DNA from: Mobula birostris
Taxonomy: Eukaryota
NCBI RefSeq assembly: GCF_030028105.1
Contig: NC_092375.1
Span: forward strand, 41,019,130-41,083,129
Direction: 5' to 3'
Length of the DNA stretch: 64,000 nt
Below are positions 62,772 through 64,000 of this stretch, piece after piece (position 1 is the first letter of the stretch; each line of letters begins with the position of its first letter). The notes beneath the pieces are model-generated. The model was not told the DNA's origin. It searched no databases and was given only the letters and a program-made list of their open reading frames with translations. Made by a program: the position numbers and the translations under genes.

Positions 62772-64000
62772 CAGGATTTCTCAACCAGGGTTCTGAGAGA
62801 GATCATGATTTAAAAAAAACTAGTGCAACGACGGACACAAAAATGTCTGTCTTAATAATGAAAGCTACTTATCAATAGGTTTTACATGTTCTGGTGATCC
62901 AAGTTATCCTATTCCATTGTGCCTACTTACAAATTACAACTTACAAATACAGCAATGGCTTCAGAAAAGTGTGAAAAGACATTTAACTGCAAATCACAGC
63001 CATATGCCACGTAAAAGCGCTGTTTATTTTAATCAGTTATTGGAATCTCAAAACAAACAGAGTAGAGCTTTTGTTAATAAAATCACAGTCAGTAAAAGGA
63101 CTCAGGAAGCAAGTTACATATTTAGTAGCAGAACATATTACCCAGAAAAGGAACAGTTGCATGGTTGGTGAGAATCTAATAATGCCAGCATGTAAAATTA
63201 TAATGGGTAAAATGCTAGGACAAAATGCAGTGTGAGAAATTGAAAAGGTTTCACTCTCAAACAGGACAACAAGTTGGTGTATTGATGACATGTCACATGA
63301 TGCTAAAGAGATTTTGTGTGATAAACTGAAAAACAACAGCTTCTGTATCCAGGTTGATGAGTCGACAGATTTCACCAATATATGTCATGTTGTAGCATTT
63401 ATAAGATTTGTAAATGGTGGTGAAATTCAAGAAAACTTTTTTTTCTCTGTTGCAAAGAGTTGCCTGAAACAAGCAGAGGCCAAGATATATTTAATGTTTT
63501 GTCTTCATATCTGGAAACAAAACAGTCTGTCTTGGAGGCCAGATTTTGCTGAGCGCTCTGAAGATGAAGAATGGCTGCAGAAACTAGCCTACTTAGCAGA
63601 CATCTTTCATCATATGAACTAGTTGAACAAGCCTCTGCAAGGCCCTGGAGAAAATGTTTTCAGTTCAAGTGACAAGATTCTTGGATTTAAAAAGAAACAA
63701 TCTTTGGAAAAATCATGTTGCAAAGGGAAATCTTGAAATATTTCCACTGCTGCTTGGGCTTGAGAGTGAGGAAGGATTATCAGAAAGTACTGAGTCTTAT
63801 TGAAAACCACCTGGAAGAACTGCAGAACAAAATTGAACAGCATTTTCCTTCCCTTTGAACACAAATGTATGACTGGGTGAGTGACCCTTTCTCTGAATCT
63901 TCTGCTCACCTTGAGAACTTCTCTTTTAGAGAAGAACTTTATAAGTTGCAGGTCTGATTGTGCATTCAAGATGAGATTTACTGTCCTATCACTGGACAAG
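62772..64000 (+). mobile_element. hAT/Charlie (Buster-like) DNA transposon, decayed, runs off the window end
   Basis: CAGG.TTTCTCAACC terminus; KRHLTANH (BED-finger end), GENLIMPACKII, FCIQVDESTD (first catalytic D), WLQKLAYLADIF; stops, frameshifts and an internal deletion at ~63538. Confidence 0.88.

Noticed and set aside
62917-63999. ZBED5/FAM200/SCAND3-like domesticated gene
   Set aside because: Multiple stops, frameshifts and an internal deletion behind a hAT terminus; a decayed transposon.

Overview
Vertebrate genomic DNA, not microbial. The repeat content (CR1, Rex1/Babar, V-domain HE1-like SINEs, DeuSINE relics, Penelope-like elements) points to a cartilaginous fish, probably a ray; this is inference. 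Three genes match the conserved vertebrate GTF2E1/RABL3/HGD neighbourhood. (1) The 5' part of GTF2E1 (TFIIE alpha) on the minus strand: first coding exon 14637-14190 and a likely non-coding exon 1 ending at 25727; later exons were not found and presumably lie left of the window. (2) A complete 8-exon RABL3 on the plus strand (26007-49902, 714 nt, 237 aa), head-to-head with GTF2E1 across a short CpG-rich promoter. (3) A probable 15-nt first coding exon of HGD (MGSLK|GT, 61458-61472) behind a TATA box. Most of the rest is nested transposable elements: CR1, Rex1/Babar, L2, a near full-length decayed HERO-clade element, an L1-clade insertion with a twin-priming inversion, a solo LTR, Tc1, Tigger and hAT DNA transposons and MITEs, and two families of Penelope-like elements with minimal hammerhead ribozyme motifs, often as inverted pairs. 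Almost all short ORFs in the track are TE debris. I found no intact novel protein-coding system. The best leads are RNA-level and regulatory: an intronic hammerhead paired with its own antisense copy, a splice-dependent uORF switch in GTF2E1, and the hidden HGD micro-exon. Exon, TIR and TSD coordinates were counted by hand; other repeat boundaries are approximate.
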